This document shows, one piece after another, positions 1-12,997 of a DNA stretch of 64,000 nucleotides. The position numbers and the translations under genes were made by a program. The stretch's first letter is position 1. Every line of letters starts with the position of its first letter. The notes under the pieces are model-generated. The model saw only the letters and a program-made list of their open reading frames with translations. It had not been told where the DNA came from and ran no database searches. Origin of the DNA: Azolla caroliniana (lineage: Eukaryota > Plantae > Polypodiophyta); contig JBHGNT010000011.1 in assembly GCA_043228905.1 (NCBI GenBank), forward strand, positions 16,926,001-16,990,000. Direction: 5' to 3'.

Positions 1-542
1 TTTTACATTGGTTACACTTCGTAACACAAAGCATTTACACACATTGTTCTAGGCTCATGCATCATAATCGCCAATACATATTCGCAAAGCACGCAATCCT
101 TTGTTTGATATTTATGTTTACAATCATTTCATATTACACATATTCCATTTTGCTTAATTGAATGGTGATTTTACTAGACCATAAAAGAGTTGTGCTCCTA
201 GTTGCTTTTTTCTTCTATTTAAACATGGCTATAAACAATAAGTACATTTGGAAAAGTCTATTTAAATTTGTTGTACCTAAACACTTGATATACTAATGTG
301 ATTAAATTAATTCACTATTAGAAATGTTTTTGCATTTGTGCATATATGATATAACAAGGTTCTTGAGACCCTAACATCTAAAGATGTTATAGACGTTTGA
401 TCCCAACTTGAGATAAACATAACTTAGCAGGGCCAATATGGATGCATGTGAGGTTAGTACTCAACTATTTATCTCTAATAAAACCATTAATAGAGATAAA
501 TGCAACACATGTTTACATAGAGCTTAAGTATGACCTAGGGTG

Positions 543-883
543 GATATTATAGTAAGCTTGGAGCATGCAAAAACCACTATCTTTCTAGAATAAAAGGTTT
601 TGATGAGTTGCATATAGGCTAAGAAATGCTTATGTTTATAGCTATCTATGCTTATTGGGAACACTTGCAAGTTGAGACATTCTTATAAGTTTGCAAGATT
701 ACCTAAGGTAAAGATATTGTAGTAAGCTTGGAGCATGCAAAAACCATTATCTTTCTAGAATAAAAGGTTTTGATGAGTTGCATATAGGCCAAGAAATGCT
801 TATTTTATAGCTATCTATGTTTATTGGGAACACTTGCAAGTTTAGACATTCTTATAAGTTTGCAAGATTACCTAAGGTAAAGA
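543..883. repeat. Tandem duplication, 2 x ~170 bp
   Basis: gatatt(a/g)tagtaagcttggagcatgc...cctaaggtaaa starts at 543 and again at 713, with only a few differences. Confidence 0.9.
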
Positions 884-1441
884 AACAACGGGCCCATTGC
901 TATTTACCTTAATAGTTTGCATACATTGTGAAACGATATCACATCATGCATTACAAAAAAAAAATCTTTTCTATTGCAACAAGCACCTTATTGTTTACAA
1001 GTATGCTTTCCTTGTGGATCCTTTGATTGGGTTTGTTTTTTAGCATTATCGATATTCTAGGATAACAAAACTTACCAAGAGTTTCGATTAGTACCATTCA
1101 TCTACTTTAACTTCTCTTTAAGGCAATCACTCTATGCTTGTTACTGAATAAAACAAACAGATGAGAGCATGTACACCCTTTTCCTTGAATGTTTTCAGTC
1201 AATTTTGCATGGGTAATCATTTGATTACATTGCCTTGATGCAATTATTATTTGTGGATTTTTTCTCTCAAAATGATGGTTTTGCCTCTTGTAACATAAGC
1301 TATAGCAAAGAAAACAAAAGTTAGTGTGAATACATAGTTAGGTGTGATTCATAGTTAGGTGTGTCAATACAAATCGTGCAATGTTAAGAATGTATTAATT
1401 CTATTCTTAACAAAATATGCAAGTTTGCTTTTGAAATGCAG

Positions 1442-1867
1442 GACATATCATTGGTTTCATGTGTAAATGCAACATATTGCCTTGATAAACCTCCAAAGTT
1501 GGTCATAGTAGAGAAAGGCATCTCAGCCAATGCTTTTTTGGATAATGCCGCGTATAGAGAATTCTTACACAATAAATTTGATGTGTCACCTGTGGATATG
1601 GAATCTGCAAGTGTAGCATTGGTATGTTGAAATAAATCATCTAACTAATTTTACTAGAGAAAATAACATATTACAGATCATTGCAAATGATGCAATTTCC
1701 TTTCGAATGTATAGGTTTGTCTCACGAACAATGTCCCTTTTATTGCTATTCGAGCTCTCTCGGACCTTGCAGGGGGTTCATCAGACCTCAATCAAGCGGA
1801 CATCTTCTCCACATTGGCAGCAACAAATGCAGTCATTGTTATGACCAATTTCATCAAGCTAATTTAA
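1442..1867 (+). CDS. Bark storage protein / PNP-UDP (MTA/SAH nucleosidase-like) phosphorylase family, last two exons only
   Basis: Exons 1442-1621 and 1715-1867 have AG/GT borders. Spliced peptide is ...ANAFLDNAAYREFLHNKFDVSPVDMESASVAL|VCLTNNVPFIAIRALSDLAGG...FIKLI*, with the family DMES and RALSDLAG motifs. No upstream exons were found in the window. Confidence 0.88.
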
Positions 1868-2326
1868 TATGTCGCATGAAATGTTGGACCAAGTGGAAAA
1901 TAATATGTTTGTTTGATTCCCATTCATAAGTCGAACAAATTTCTTTCCCTCCCTTGGTTTCATATATTTCTCATAAACCGTGCTTTTAGTCACTCCAATT
2001 GAAAACATTAATGGAATTTTCTTGCTTAAGACTTCATTGGCAAGTTAATTAGCCAAATTTTATGCATGCCCAACCGCGTGAGTCTAAAATCAATTAACAT
2101 GGTATGTTTAACCAAAATGAACTTCGCATTCAAGTGGTTTGCGGTTTAAATTTATGGACCCAATAAAGAAAAAAATTTACTTGGGCATCCTGCTCGGATG
2201 TGTCGAAGTGAACTACTCATCCTCATTAAGAGTCGTAGTAATCTACAAAGCTTCACCATTACTTTTCCAAGTCGATACGTATTCCTTTATGACAATAGAT
2301 GTTTGTGAGCCCAAATCAATGCTTCT

Positions 2327-2476
2327 TAAACCCTAAACCCTAAACAACCAAACATATTTGTATAAGGCACACTTCGAGCTATGTAAACCCTAAACCCTAA
2401 ACAACCAAACATATTGTATAAGGCACACTTCGAGCTATGTAAACCCTAAACCCTAAACAACCAAACATATTTGTAT
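2327..2476. repeat. 56-57 bp tandem repeat (~2.6 copies) containing telomeric CCCTAAA units
   Basis: taaaccctaaaccctaaacaaccaaacatatttgtataaggcacacttcgagctatg starts at 2327, 2384 and 2440. Confidence 0.9.
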
Positions 2477-3857
2477 TAATGAAAATGTAAATGAGCTACT
2501 CCGCGTTTCCAATTCAGTATACCATATCTCCATGTTTACTATGCTCTACACCTCCCAAACTACAAATGATCATAGAATATAGCTTAAATACCACCAATAG
2601 CTGAAGTGCATAGCCAACAATTTGAATGAATAAAACAGTAGAAAACATGAACAACAATTTCTCAGAAACATCTTGGAGATCCTGTTGGGATACTTAACAG
2701 TATATGTCGATTCAACAAAAAAATAGGACCGGAAGAACTAGGAATCCTTGCGGGGGTACTCGATAGATATTTCAGAGTAGCTTCCCAACAAATTCTCTGA
2801 CTTTAAATCACCCGGAAACCGGTAATCGCATTTGCAGCAGGTGCAATACAGAAGAGCTATTGCAGCATATGCAAAAAATGTGGGTAGTGAGTGCATAAGA
2901 CCTGCAAATATCCAAGAATGCACATATTAAAACCTTTTAACAAATCAGTCAATGTTTCCACATATAATGTCCTGCCTTACTTAAGCCACATCTAAGAAGA
3001 TGCACAATGCAACAAATTAAAATAAGCCTTGGAAGTATGTACATACATACATACATACATACATAAAACTAACCTTCTTTCATGCATATTCCAGCATTTG
3101 AAATAGAGCAATGTGCAGATTGAAGTAAGTTACTCAAAATCAGCATTGAAAGCCAACAACGAAGTTAGTACACATCGTTTCCCAAAATGATTGGAATCGT
3201 TTACATCCATCGATCTTCCCTAAAAATGCGCATCGATTCCCACAACCTTTTAAAATGCATCTGCTGAATCCTTTGAAAATAGCATCAGAATTCCCTGTAA
3301 AACTCTCATATCGACAATGTAATGTATGGCTGAACAGCAACCAGAACCACGCAAAAATGTCGATCATTTATAGAATCATATCGCTTTTTAGGGGGCCTTT
3401 GATAAATGTCGAAGTAGGCAATCTACCATTCATAGTCATTACAAAGATGCAAGGAAATGTGTAGTCAAGGCAAAATGAGATTATTTTGGTATCGAATTAT
3501 GATTTCTTATTTGCAGATAAATCATCTGATTCAAGTTTTTTATATTGAGAACTTAAAAGAGATTTCTAGATTATATTGCTTAAAAATAAAAACAAGTTTT
3601 TCAATGCTCAATCATATAAAGGGAATGAAAAGGCTCATTGAGAATGTTAGGTGTGAACAAGCACCAACAGCCCTCACTTGTGCAGACAATAAAAGGGAGG
3701 GGCATTGGATATTTGTATATCGGATAATTGTTGGGCATGCCAACCTTTGTATATATTACCAATATCTGATTATACTCTAGGGTTATTTCTCATATAACTT
3801 TCCTTTATATCAAACCTTATAGTAACAATCATGCTTTTATGCTAATCTCTCTGGTTT

Positions 3858-3925
3858 GTTGGCTTGGTGGTTTACACCATAGCATCAAAGTCATAAAATG
3901 GAAGTTCGATCCTTGCCATAGGCTT
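3858..3925 (+). mobile_element. Possible degenerate tRNA-derived SINE head
   Basis: A-box-like TGGCTTGGTGG (3860) and B-box-like AGTTCGATCC (3903) at tRNA-like spacing; no cloverleaf or TSD seen. Confidence 0.35.
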
Positions 3926-4466
3926 GGCCCCATCTCATAGATCATGGCCAGCATTAAATCCATTTAATTCAACAGAGAGAGCATTGGAAATGGTAGATCA
4001 TACTACATAGTCTTAAGTCAAACAAACGTAAATATTGTATGTATCCACATGGTTGTAGGGGGGTACCCATGCTTAAATGTATCATAGGTCGTATATGTTC
4101 CCATTAGCCAACTAGCTTAGGATCATTGCATGTATCAAGCATCATAATTATAGTATTTAAGATCGCCTCGCATGTTATGGTGCCACTATTGCACATGATA
4201 ATGTGGCTTACCAAATACAAATATAACTAGTTTTCTTTTCAAGGGCACACTTTCTAATTCCTTAATATGCATTCTTCACTTCCATATTTAATCTCTCCTC
4301 TCCTACCCCCTACCCTTATTTGTGCAACCTTGAATCTTTTGTTTTTTTTGTTTGCCTTATCCCATGTTTTGGGACCCTTGGTTATCCCTTTTCTTCTTTT
4401 GTATCTTTATCTCTTGGCACATACATTTACAAACCTTTGCCTCTATTTTGATGGAGGTTCATCTTT

Positions 4467-4587
4467 AGTGTATACTTACTTTATAAAGTGTAATTTTTTG
4501 GAGATAGGGGTAGTTTGGTAAATTTGGAACTTCCAGGGGCATTTTGGTAAATAGACGAACTTCCAGGGGTATCCTGATACTTTTCCC
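4467..4587. mobile_element. Solo terminal inverted repeat (TIR) of the MULE-like MITE family also at 51055
   Basis: Close match to the right arm of 51055-51367 and ends ...tacttttccc; no partner arm seen. Confidence 0.8.
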
Positions 4588-5821
4588 TTTATAATATTCT
4601 TAGGGTCATTTCGTATTCTCGAATAATGCGACGAATATCACGCATGGAGAATATCACTAATATCAGGCATGTGTTAATCTATGGGACTCCCAACAATAAA
4701 TCATCGTGGAATGTGATTCCCTAGACAAGGACATTGTGATGCAGTACATGGAACTTGAGTTGACAAACATCAGTCCCAATTAAACAACAAGCATGCATAT
4801 ATGTTTACAAAAGATTGCACATCCAGATTCCAGACCATGGAAGCATTGGGAACCACTAATGAGCTTTGACAATAAGTCTACAACAAATCTTGAGAGTTAA
4901 ACATCTCGGTCAACAATTATTAACATTGGGTGAGTGGATGTGAGAAGTAAGGTTTCTTGTCTTGTGTCTAGGTGGGCCTAAGATAGCACCAAACACATTG
5001 AGATCTGCTTTGAAACCACTATTGTCTCTCCTTCCTAATCCTTCATCTCATGACATGCCAATTGTTTCCCCACTCCTTCGTTCTACGGTTATTGTGCTCC
5101 TATCACAACTCCCATCCTTTCCCCCCAACCATCAAGCTCCCTAACACCCCTATGTTGCCATATATATTAGAAGACGATGAAGACATCTTGTGATGACCTT
5201 GCTATCTCCTCGCCCTCTACCCCCTAGCTTTTCCATATTAACTCCAAGTTCATTCCAAAAACTTGTTATCCCACGAACATGCCATGTGTTAGTTGTTTGA
5301 TACGTCTGTACAAGGCCAAAAGTCCATAGACTATAAAACTAGTTGTTAACCATTTTCGTACACCTGAATGAACATTGATCAGAATTAAAGGAACAAGTGC
5401 AACATCAAGGAAATATTCAAAGCAAGGACAAGAGAATAGAGAGACTCATTATAACTAAGTATGAAAAGGTTCAAGGGTATTGTAAAAGTTACAAATGACA
5501 ATTGTATAAGACTATTTTACTTCTTATTAACATTTAGTGAACTTGAGCTAATTCTGAATTAATATCTCATTAGATATATTCTTTAATTAATCTTACATTG
5601 AGTGTTTGGGTTGGTAGTTCTAGCTCTTGTGGAGCATCTCTCCATCTCTTAATTGAGTTTATTGTCATTTCCTTTCCTTGTTCCTTATGTTGATAACTTG
5701 AAGTCTATATTTAAGTGATCTCAACTCTTGAATGTGCGATTAGGTATTAATTTTAGAGTTTCCTTGCTCATTTATTGGGATTTGCTAGTAGGCTTCAAAG
5801 TGGATTGACGCCCACTTCTAC

Positions 5822-8800
5822 TTTCTTTTTCTTTTTCTTTTTTCCAAAAAAAGATACTACATTAGTATTAGAAATCGTCATAAGGCTATACATACAATAT
5901 ATACTACAAATCCTCTCTTTTTCTAAATTCTAACCATCGGCTTAAAAAAATACTTTGTTGCAGAGTAAAACCACTCCACCTTATGAGAAAGTCGTATATA
6001 AAATATGTGTGTGTCCCAAATGGCATGAATCTCCAATCTCTTAAGCTCCGCTTGTTGTGAATTACCTTTTATACTATCCAACAAACCTCTGAGATTATGC
6101 ACAATCTTTGTCTTGGGATGGTCTTTCAGTCACATTTTGAAATACTTTCAACATCAAGCCTTCCAAATATACCAAATTGTAATACTAACCAATCACCATA
6201 TTTGAGGTTTATCGGTCTCTATTTGTGGATTCAAATATGTCAATTTTTTTTCAATCAAACCATTTCTCATCACAATAGCATTTGCAACCTCCTCTTGTTC
6301 ATATACCATTGGTTTATCTTGTACCACCGCCCATAATATTGTTCCCCATGCATACACTGCTCGAGGATATACTAGTATTTCCATATTTCTATCGCAAAAC
6401 CACAACTCCACAAACAATGCTTAACAGTCTCTACTAGATCCGAACAAAAAGGGCACATCTTGTCTACATTCCCTTTTTGCCCCCCATTAACTGGTACAGC
6501 TTTATCAACCAACAACCAACGGAAACAAACAATTTTTCTACTCATTTTTATACCCCACAACCATTTTCCAAAAAAAAAAAAAAACTACTTCCATTAGTTA
6601 AGCAATGTACAAAGGATAATTTACAACTCATATCTTACAAGACATCTTGCATGTCGAAGGAAAACAATGTGTAGATGAAACAACAAAAGAAAACAACTCC
6701 AAAGCATCACATCATTCAATGTGTATAACATTACTCGAACGCATATTCTCCACGTGAGCCTCATACAAGCAGAATTCAGCATAGATGTCCTCCATTCACT
6801 CCTCATGGCAGCACCCATCTAGATGTTAGGTACACGACCATTTTCAAAATTGTTTAAGATGTTGTGGAGAAAGTCCATTCCATCTCCAAAATACATTTGC
6901 CGTTGGTTCTTTCCATAACCTAGAACCTAATATTTTCCTACCAATCTTCACAAAATATTGAAAAAAAGGCACAAATTTTATATGATCTTGAACCCACACC
7001 TTCCAATACAGTTTTCCAGGATCCCAAGATAATCTAGATATTGGTCTCCTTTCCATGATCCAAATCCTCCAAAAAGAATTAACATTTTGTGGATCTAGAT
7101 CTAAGACCCAATTTGATCCATCATTTGCAATCAACCACAGTTCTTCATGCAAACAAAAACTAAACAAATTAGTTTGCTTAGGTGTGAAGGTTAATCTGCC
7201 ATCATCCTATACATACAAAATCATACACTCTTGTTCCCCAATATAGGCTTTTACTCCAATCAAAACATCCATGATCCAATGGAGTAAATAAACCCATCCA
7301 TTTCTGTGTGGTAGATCCAATTTGCATTTGAATATTAAGAAAGGGCATTTAGTATTGCAGAATACATTATCTTTCTGCCCCTCGTATTACTGAGCAATAG
7401 TCTTCGTTGGTCTATAGGTTTAGACAAAAATGTTGTCCACGGACCTATAGATTGTGCTCACGATCTAATTCTGCCCATGCGCATATGGTACGCCTTCCCA
7501 ACATTAGTCCCCTCTAGTCAATTAACCATGAATTCTAAATCAAGGGTTGTCTATAGAATTCATATTCTCTTTTTGGCAATCTCTTAACTAAATCAAGAGA
7601 AACATCTTTCCATGCATTAAGAACAGATCGAGCAAATCTGTCTTCCCAGTTTGTGGAAATTGCCTGAACTTGTTATGTTTCATAAAAGTCCATTTAAAAC
7701 TAGGCCTCCAATCCCCACCAGTTTTGGGACAAAACGTTTGCAATTCGTATAACAATTGTTTCCAAGGTTTTGATCTTGGTAACAATTACCAAATTTGCAA
7801 GCGAAGCTTTGGACTGCTGTAATGGATCTACAATCCCTAATCCTCCCTGATCCAATGGGTTAACAATCGTGGACCAAGAGGCTTTTGCCCTGGCATGACG
7901 TCCATATCACTAGACCACAAATAATTATGGATTAATCTTTGTAATTGTCCCATACATGACCTAGAAAAACTCCAACATGACATAATATACCATAGGCTAG
8001 ACAACAAAACTTGATTAACTACTATCACTCTAGTTGCAAATGATAGTTTAGCTTCACTCCAAAATAATATCTAACTGAGGTGCCCTTAGGGATCCATCGA
8101 AAATATGGATGAGGACTCCATTATGGAATCGAATTCGACGATACCCAAAAACCCATTGATTTATTCCAATTAATTGATGCACTTGAAGCCATACAAAATG
8201 TTTGCACCGTTGTGTACAATTTCTGTAGATTATTAATCTTACCATCTAGATACAAACTTGTATCATTAGCAAATTCTACATCGACAACATTTGTCCCATC
8301 AAGGGGCATTGTTATTCCTTTCAATCCAACATCTTCAGTAGTAAAAAACAAACTCATCGCTTCAAGAAAAAACAGAAATAAATATCGTGCAAGTGGATAG
8401 CCTTGTTGTACACTTCGGGAAATTTGAAACACCTCACCTTGAACCCATCCTGACAAAACAGAACTACAAGCTGAATTGTACAAAGAAGACACTCATGTCA
8501 CCCATTTCTCCAGAAAACCAAGTCTTACAAGAGTACCATGAAGGAACTCCCAATCAAGTCGATCATATGCTTTTTCAAAGTCAAGTAATAAAATAACTAG
8601 ATCCTCTTTTTTCTTGCAAGCCAAGGCAATAGCTTCCCAAAACAAGAACAAATTATCCATTATACTTCTTTCCTAAAAAAAACCTGTTTGGGCGATATGA
8701 ATCAAATCATCAAGGTTGCACTCTCAATGACAATGTTTTTGCGAAGATTTTATATATTCTAATATCGTCTTATATACCTTCACTCCTAGGTATTAAATAA

Positions 8801-8907
8801 ATCAAGCCAACTGCCATACTATGAGGCATAAACCTAGTATTAAAAATCTTTGATAAGCTTACGTTAAGTCTTCCCCAATATATTCCCAATATTTGAGGAA
8901 AAAATGT
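5822..8907 (-). mobile_element. Degenerate L1/Tx1-like LINE (RT, zf-RVT, A-rich tail)
   Basis: Minus-strand fragments LDFEKAYDRLDW, SVQQGYPLARYLF, EFANDT and CPFCSDLVETVKHCLWSC; many stops and frameshifts; T-run at 5822-5843 is the tail. Confidence 0.9.
6568..6836 (-). mobile_element. Short 5'-truncated retroposon (LINE 3' UTR) nested in the LINE
   Basis: Flanked by accatttt direct repeats (6560, 6837) and carries the shared LINE 3' terminal motif; removing it restores the host peptide F*KWLWGIK. Confidence 0.6.
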
Positions 8908-9455
8908 GCCTCTTAAAAACATCTTTTGAATTTTCTCAATCTCATTCCATGCATTAAGAGAGATGGTGCCACCCCATACTTCTACGCCATAAAGCAATAC
9001 TTGAGTTACCATGGCATTGAACAACATTAGTTTTACTTCCCATCCACAAATATCACTTTGGTTGCATTGGTTCTACAAAAGGTAATACGATTTCCAACTG
9101 GCTTGGAGCCTAGAATCAAAGCATGCACTCCATTTATTTGTGGCGGGTACATCAATACCAAGATATTTAAAGCTTTGAAAAAATTGTATGTGTTCACATC
9201 TATATGTGAGCATAGGGTAATGATGAGGTTGGATGGCTTGCACTACCATCATTTTTGTTTTCTCCACATTCACTGCTAGTCCACTACTATGGCAAGATTC
9301 TTCTAATACCCAAGTAAATGTTGCATACTATCAACATCATATGAGAAGAGTACCACATCATCTACATATAGAAGCAATAAGATAACATGTTGCATCAATT
9401 TGGGGGCATTCAATCCTTCTTCTCTTGCAACCTTATTCACCACTTCTTCTCTTGT
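8908..9455 (-). mobile_element. RTE/CR1-like LINE reverse transcriptase fragment
   Basis: LLLYVDDVVLF, NVEKTKMMV, FKYLG and LLYGVEVWG...EIEKIQKMFLR; abuts the L1-like element directly. Confidence 0.75.
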
Positions 9456-9459
9456 AACT

Positions 9460-9674
9460 GTATAGTCGTCTGTTTAGACAAAGAAGAACTCAAGGTCGAT
9501 GCATTGAAGGTTCTTATTATATCCCTCTTACTGTTGGTGATTTGGTTCGGAGTCTGTGGGCTCTCATGGTTTTTCCCCAATTCGGGTTTTTCACGTAAAA
9601 TAACTTGTGTCTCTGTACTTCTGTTTTTGGGTTCGTCTGCATATTGTCATTCTCGATCTTTGCATCCGCATACA
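9460..9674 (+). mobile_element. Copia-like LTR fragment (R/U5)
   Basis: gtgggctctcatggtttttcccc...gggtttttcacgtaaaa resembles 10736-10780. Confidence 0.5.
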
Positions 9675-10351
9675 TAGACGAGAACTGGTTGTGGCCAGTT
9701 GATTCTCAACACATTTTAGTTGGCATTTAACTTGTTCATATACGTGTGCAATAGCAACTTCGTACTCTAATGGCATGTCATGTCACGACACAGTGACATG
9801 AAATACATATTAGTTGGCAAGGATTAAACTTACAACCTCACGTCAACAAGATGTCATGCTCAACCATTTTGATATGAGCATGCATTTGTATATAATGGTT
9901 TAGAATTCTATAGTCTAGCATATAGTACATTTCAGAATCAGAATATTCTAGTCATTAGTATATTCTAGAAATATTGTATGGTATATTCTAGAGATGTTTC
10001 TCGAGTATAGTCTAGAGATATTCAATCTCGGAACATGTATAAATACTTGTAACCTCTTTGGTTCCTTTCAAGGGATTCAACACCAGTCATTGACACATCA
10101 ATCTAGTATTCTCGTTTCATGCCATATTGTCTCCTTGAGCTTCATATTTGTCTCCATGCTCTAGAGTTAATCCTAGTTTCCTAAGTTCATAGTCTCATCA
10201 CTCACAGCTTCTAGAGTTCCTAGCCTCGTCACTTCTAATTCCAAGTTCTTAGCTCTTCGCTCGTAGCCCCATCATCCATGCTCCGCCCAAGTCCGCGGTT
10301 TGTGTGTTCGTGACATGTCAATCTCTACCATTCTATTCCAAAGTTCACTTA

Positions 10352-10890
10352 TGTTGGGAATTCTATCCCTCTGGATGGGATCTGAATGAGAACCGGACGT
10401 GTCGAAGGAAGGAACCGGATTGGATGGATGTAGAAGATATCCGGAAACCGGATCGGATGGATCCAGTTGGCATCCGACCAAACATTAGTTTATGCATATG
10501 TTCCGATGTGACTATTGAGGTCACATTTCTAAATAACCCTAAAGTTATATGAGTATAAATATAACTAGGGCAATATTGTTAGATGTGTGTTATCATCATT
10601 ATTGTTGTATAGAGTGAAAGAGAGAGAGAGAGAGTTCTCTGTTGTAACTGTCGGTAGGCGAAGAAAGAGTTAGAGGTCGTTGCCTCTGTGTCTCCCATTG
10701 TATCCTTCCTCTCTCATAGTGATAGTTGGAGTTTGTGGGCTCTCGTGGTTTTTCCCGATCAAGGCTTTCCACGTTAATACTCTGTGTCGTCTCATTTCTA
10801 TTTCATGTTTCTTCCATTGAGTGATTGAGATTCAGTTGTTGACGAGCACTATTCCGCACAACTTCATGGTACGGTATTAAAAGCTTTCTT
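10352..10890 (+). mobile_element. Copia-like LTR with degenerate primer-binding site (PBS)
   Basis: Starts TGTTGG; has TATAAATA, (GA)n and a gtggtttttccc...ttccacgttaa U5 motif; ends ttccgcacaac followed by a decayed PBS-like tggta...aagc. Confidence 0.5.
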
Positions 10891-11595
10891 GAAATCAACA
10901 AAACAACAATCGAGGGACGAATGAACTTGAAGACAGATCAAGGATCTAGCAAGAAGCACATGAACGAGCTCGTACGGGGAGCAAACGATTGATTAGACGA
11001 CAAGAGTTGGAATCCAATCCAATTCAATCGACCCGGATAACATACGATCCAGATGACTAGCCAAATTAGGCTAGATTCTACCTATACCTCTGCTAATTCG
11101 ATCGAATGCCGACAGACTTGTATGTATACACTTGTAATTATAGAGTAGACTTGTAATCTAGGTTCACGGGGGAGATAACCTATTACGGGCATGACCATAT
11201 AATATCCCGTGGTGAGAATTTACCGTAGTATTCTATACACGTGGATAAGTGTGAGGGTTAAACGAGAGTGTAAAGAAGGGGAGGATTACTTTTAAATACT
11301 CGGGATTGAGACAACCCATTAGGCCAAGTGTGAACTTGCTTGGGGGCCTTGGGTATCGCTATAAATAAGAGGCCTAGCTACCCTCATTTGACTATCTTTT
11401 GACTACATCGAGACTCTGCTCTTGTGGTGGGTCAAAAGATAGTCAAATGAGGGTAGCTAGGCCTCTTATTTATAGCGATACCCAAGGCCCCCAGGCAAGT
11501 TCACACTTGGCCTAATGGGTTGTCTCAATCCCGAGGATTTAAAAGTAATCCTCCCCTTCTTTACACTCTCATTTAACCCTCACACTTATCCACGT

Positions 11596-12892
11596 TGTCG
11601 TGAAGATTTTCGGCAATAGTGTGAAAATCCCATAAAACGTACAAAATCGAGTATGAATCATGTAATACAATAATTGTGAAGATAACATTTTTAATATCTA
11701 AGTACAAAATGATGGAGGTTTCGAATGCACTTTATTACACGAGAAATGGACAACTAAATGTCAAGATATGAGGGTATAAAGTTTGTGAAAAGAAAAGAGA
11801 AAATTGTGAGATATCCCACATAGGCACGACAAATACGGCTCTCATCATATATAAGGTGGAGCAAAAGATATTATCTTTGTGTCTATGTGTAGAGCATAGA
11901 GAGTTCAAGGTAACTTGAACTTAGAGTGGAGGTGGCTAGCTACTTGAAAAGGGTTTTGGCCAACCAAAACCGGACCGGTGATGGAGCCGGTGATCCGACG
12001 GCATCCGACGGCAATCCGGCAGCAGCATGCGGCGTCGGTATCCGGCGTCGGCACCGGTATTCGGCGACGGCATCCGACGACAGTATCCGGCGAACCGGCG
12101 ACTAGATAAAATAAATATATAAAAATATATACATATACAAGGAGGGCAAGTATAGATTCAAACCTTGCACCTCCAAGTTAGGAGTCAAATGGCTTACCAT
12201 TAAGCCATGGTATTTAGTTGAAATTATATTTCTAACCAAAACCGGACCGACGATGGAGCCGGTGATCCGACGGCATCCGACCGCAATCCGGCAGCAGCAT
12301 GCGGCACCGGTATCCGGCGTCGGCATCCGGCGACGGCACCGGTATTCGGCGACGGCATCCGACGACAGTATCCGGCGAACCGGCGACTAGATAAAATAAA
12401 TATATAAAAATATATACATATACAAGGAGGGCAAGTATAGATTCAAACCTTGCACCTCCAAGTTAGGAGTCAAATGGCTTACCATTAAGCCATGGTATTT
12501 AGTTGAAATTATATTTCTATCATTGTACTTTTACATGTAAATTCTCATCCATGAGAGCTAAAATGAGTGACATGGTTAGCATGCACCACATGTAATACTT
12601 AAGCGCCAAATGGCAAACATGCAATTTATGCATGTCTTGTACCCTCACATGCATCATATGCATGAGAGCATCTATAAAAGAGGGAAGGGGGAGGAGAAAA
12701 ACACGGTTTTTTTTATGAAAATTAAGAGGAAGAAATTCGTTTTCAAATCAATCGTGTAATCTCAACTTCTCTCTTTCCCAATCTATCTTAAGTACTTTCT
12801 CGCCAAAGCTTGTATCGACTCTAAATCCTTCTGGTCCAGAACCCCGGCGGTTCCGCCTCACGATCCGCGCGTAGTGACGGATCTTCACGACA
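11596..12892 (+). mobile_element. Solo LTR (1297 bp) related to the Gypsy LTR at 61305
   Basis: TGTCGTGAAGAT...ATCTTCACGACA termini and 4-bp TSD ACGT; shares the 5' terminus, TATA context and ccccggcggttccgcctc...cgcgcgtag 3' motifs with 61305-61957. Confidence 0.85.
11962..12518. repeat. Tandem duplication (272 + 285 bp) inside the solo LTR, with GC-rich ccggcgacggcat subrepeats
   Basis: Units start with aaccaaaaccggacc at 11962 and 12234. Confidence 0.9.
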
Positions 12893-12997
12893 ACGTGTAT
12901 AGAATACTACGGTAAATTCTCACCACGGGATATTATATGGTCATGCCCGTAACATAACCCCAATTACTTGTATACATAGGAAGAGTGGCCCTTTCAC

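Larger units (their letters stand above)
11181..12954. mobile_element. Palindromic (foldback) element made of two inverted LTR U3 halves, interrupted by a solo LTR
   Basis: 223-bp arms at 11181-11403 and 11431-11595 + 12897-12954, 27-bp spacer, 5-bp TSD TAACC (11176-11180 and 12955-12959); arms homologous to solo LTR 29898-30348. Confidence 0.9.

Noticed and set aside
2738-3367. Two minus-strand Cys-rich ORFs with AG acceptor-like sites
   Set aside because: No recognisable domain and no consistent spliced frame; cannot be supported as a gene without transcripts.
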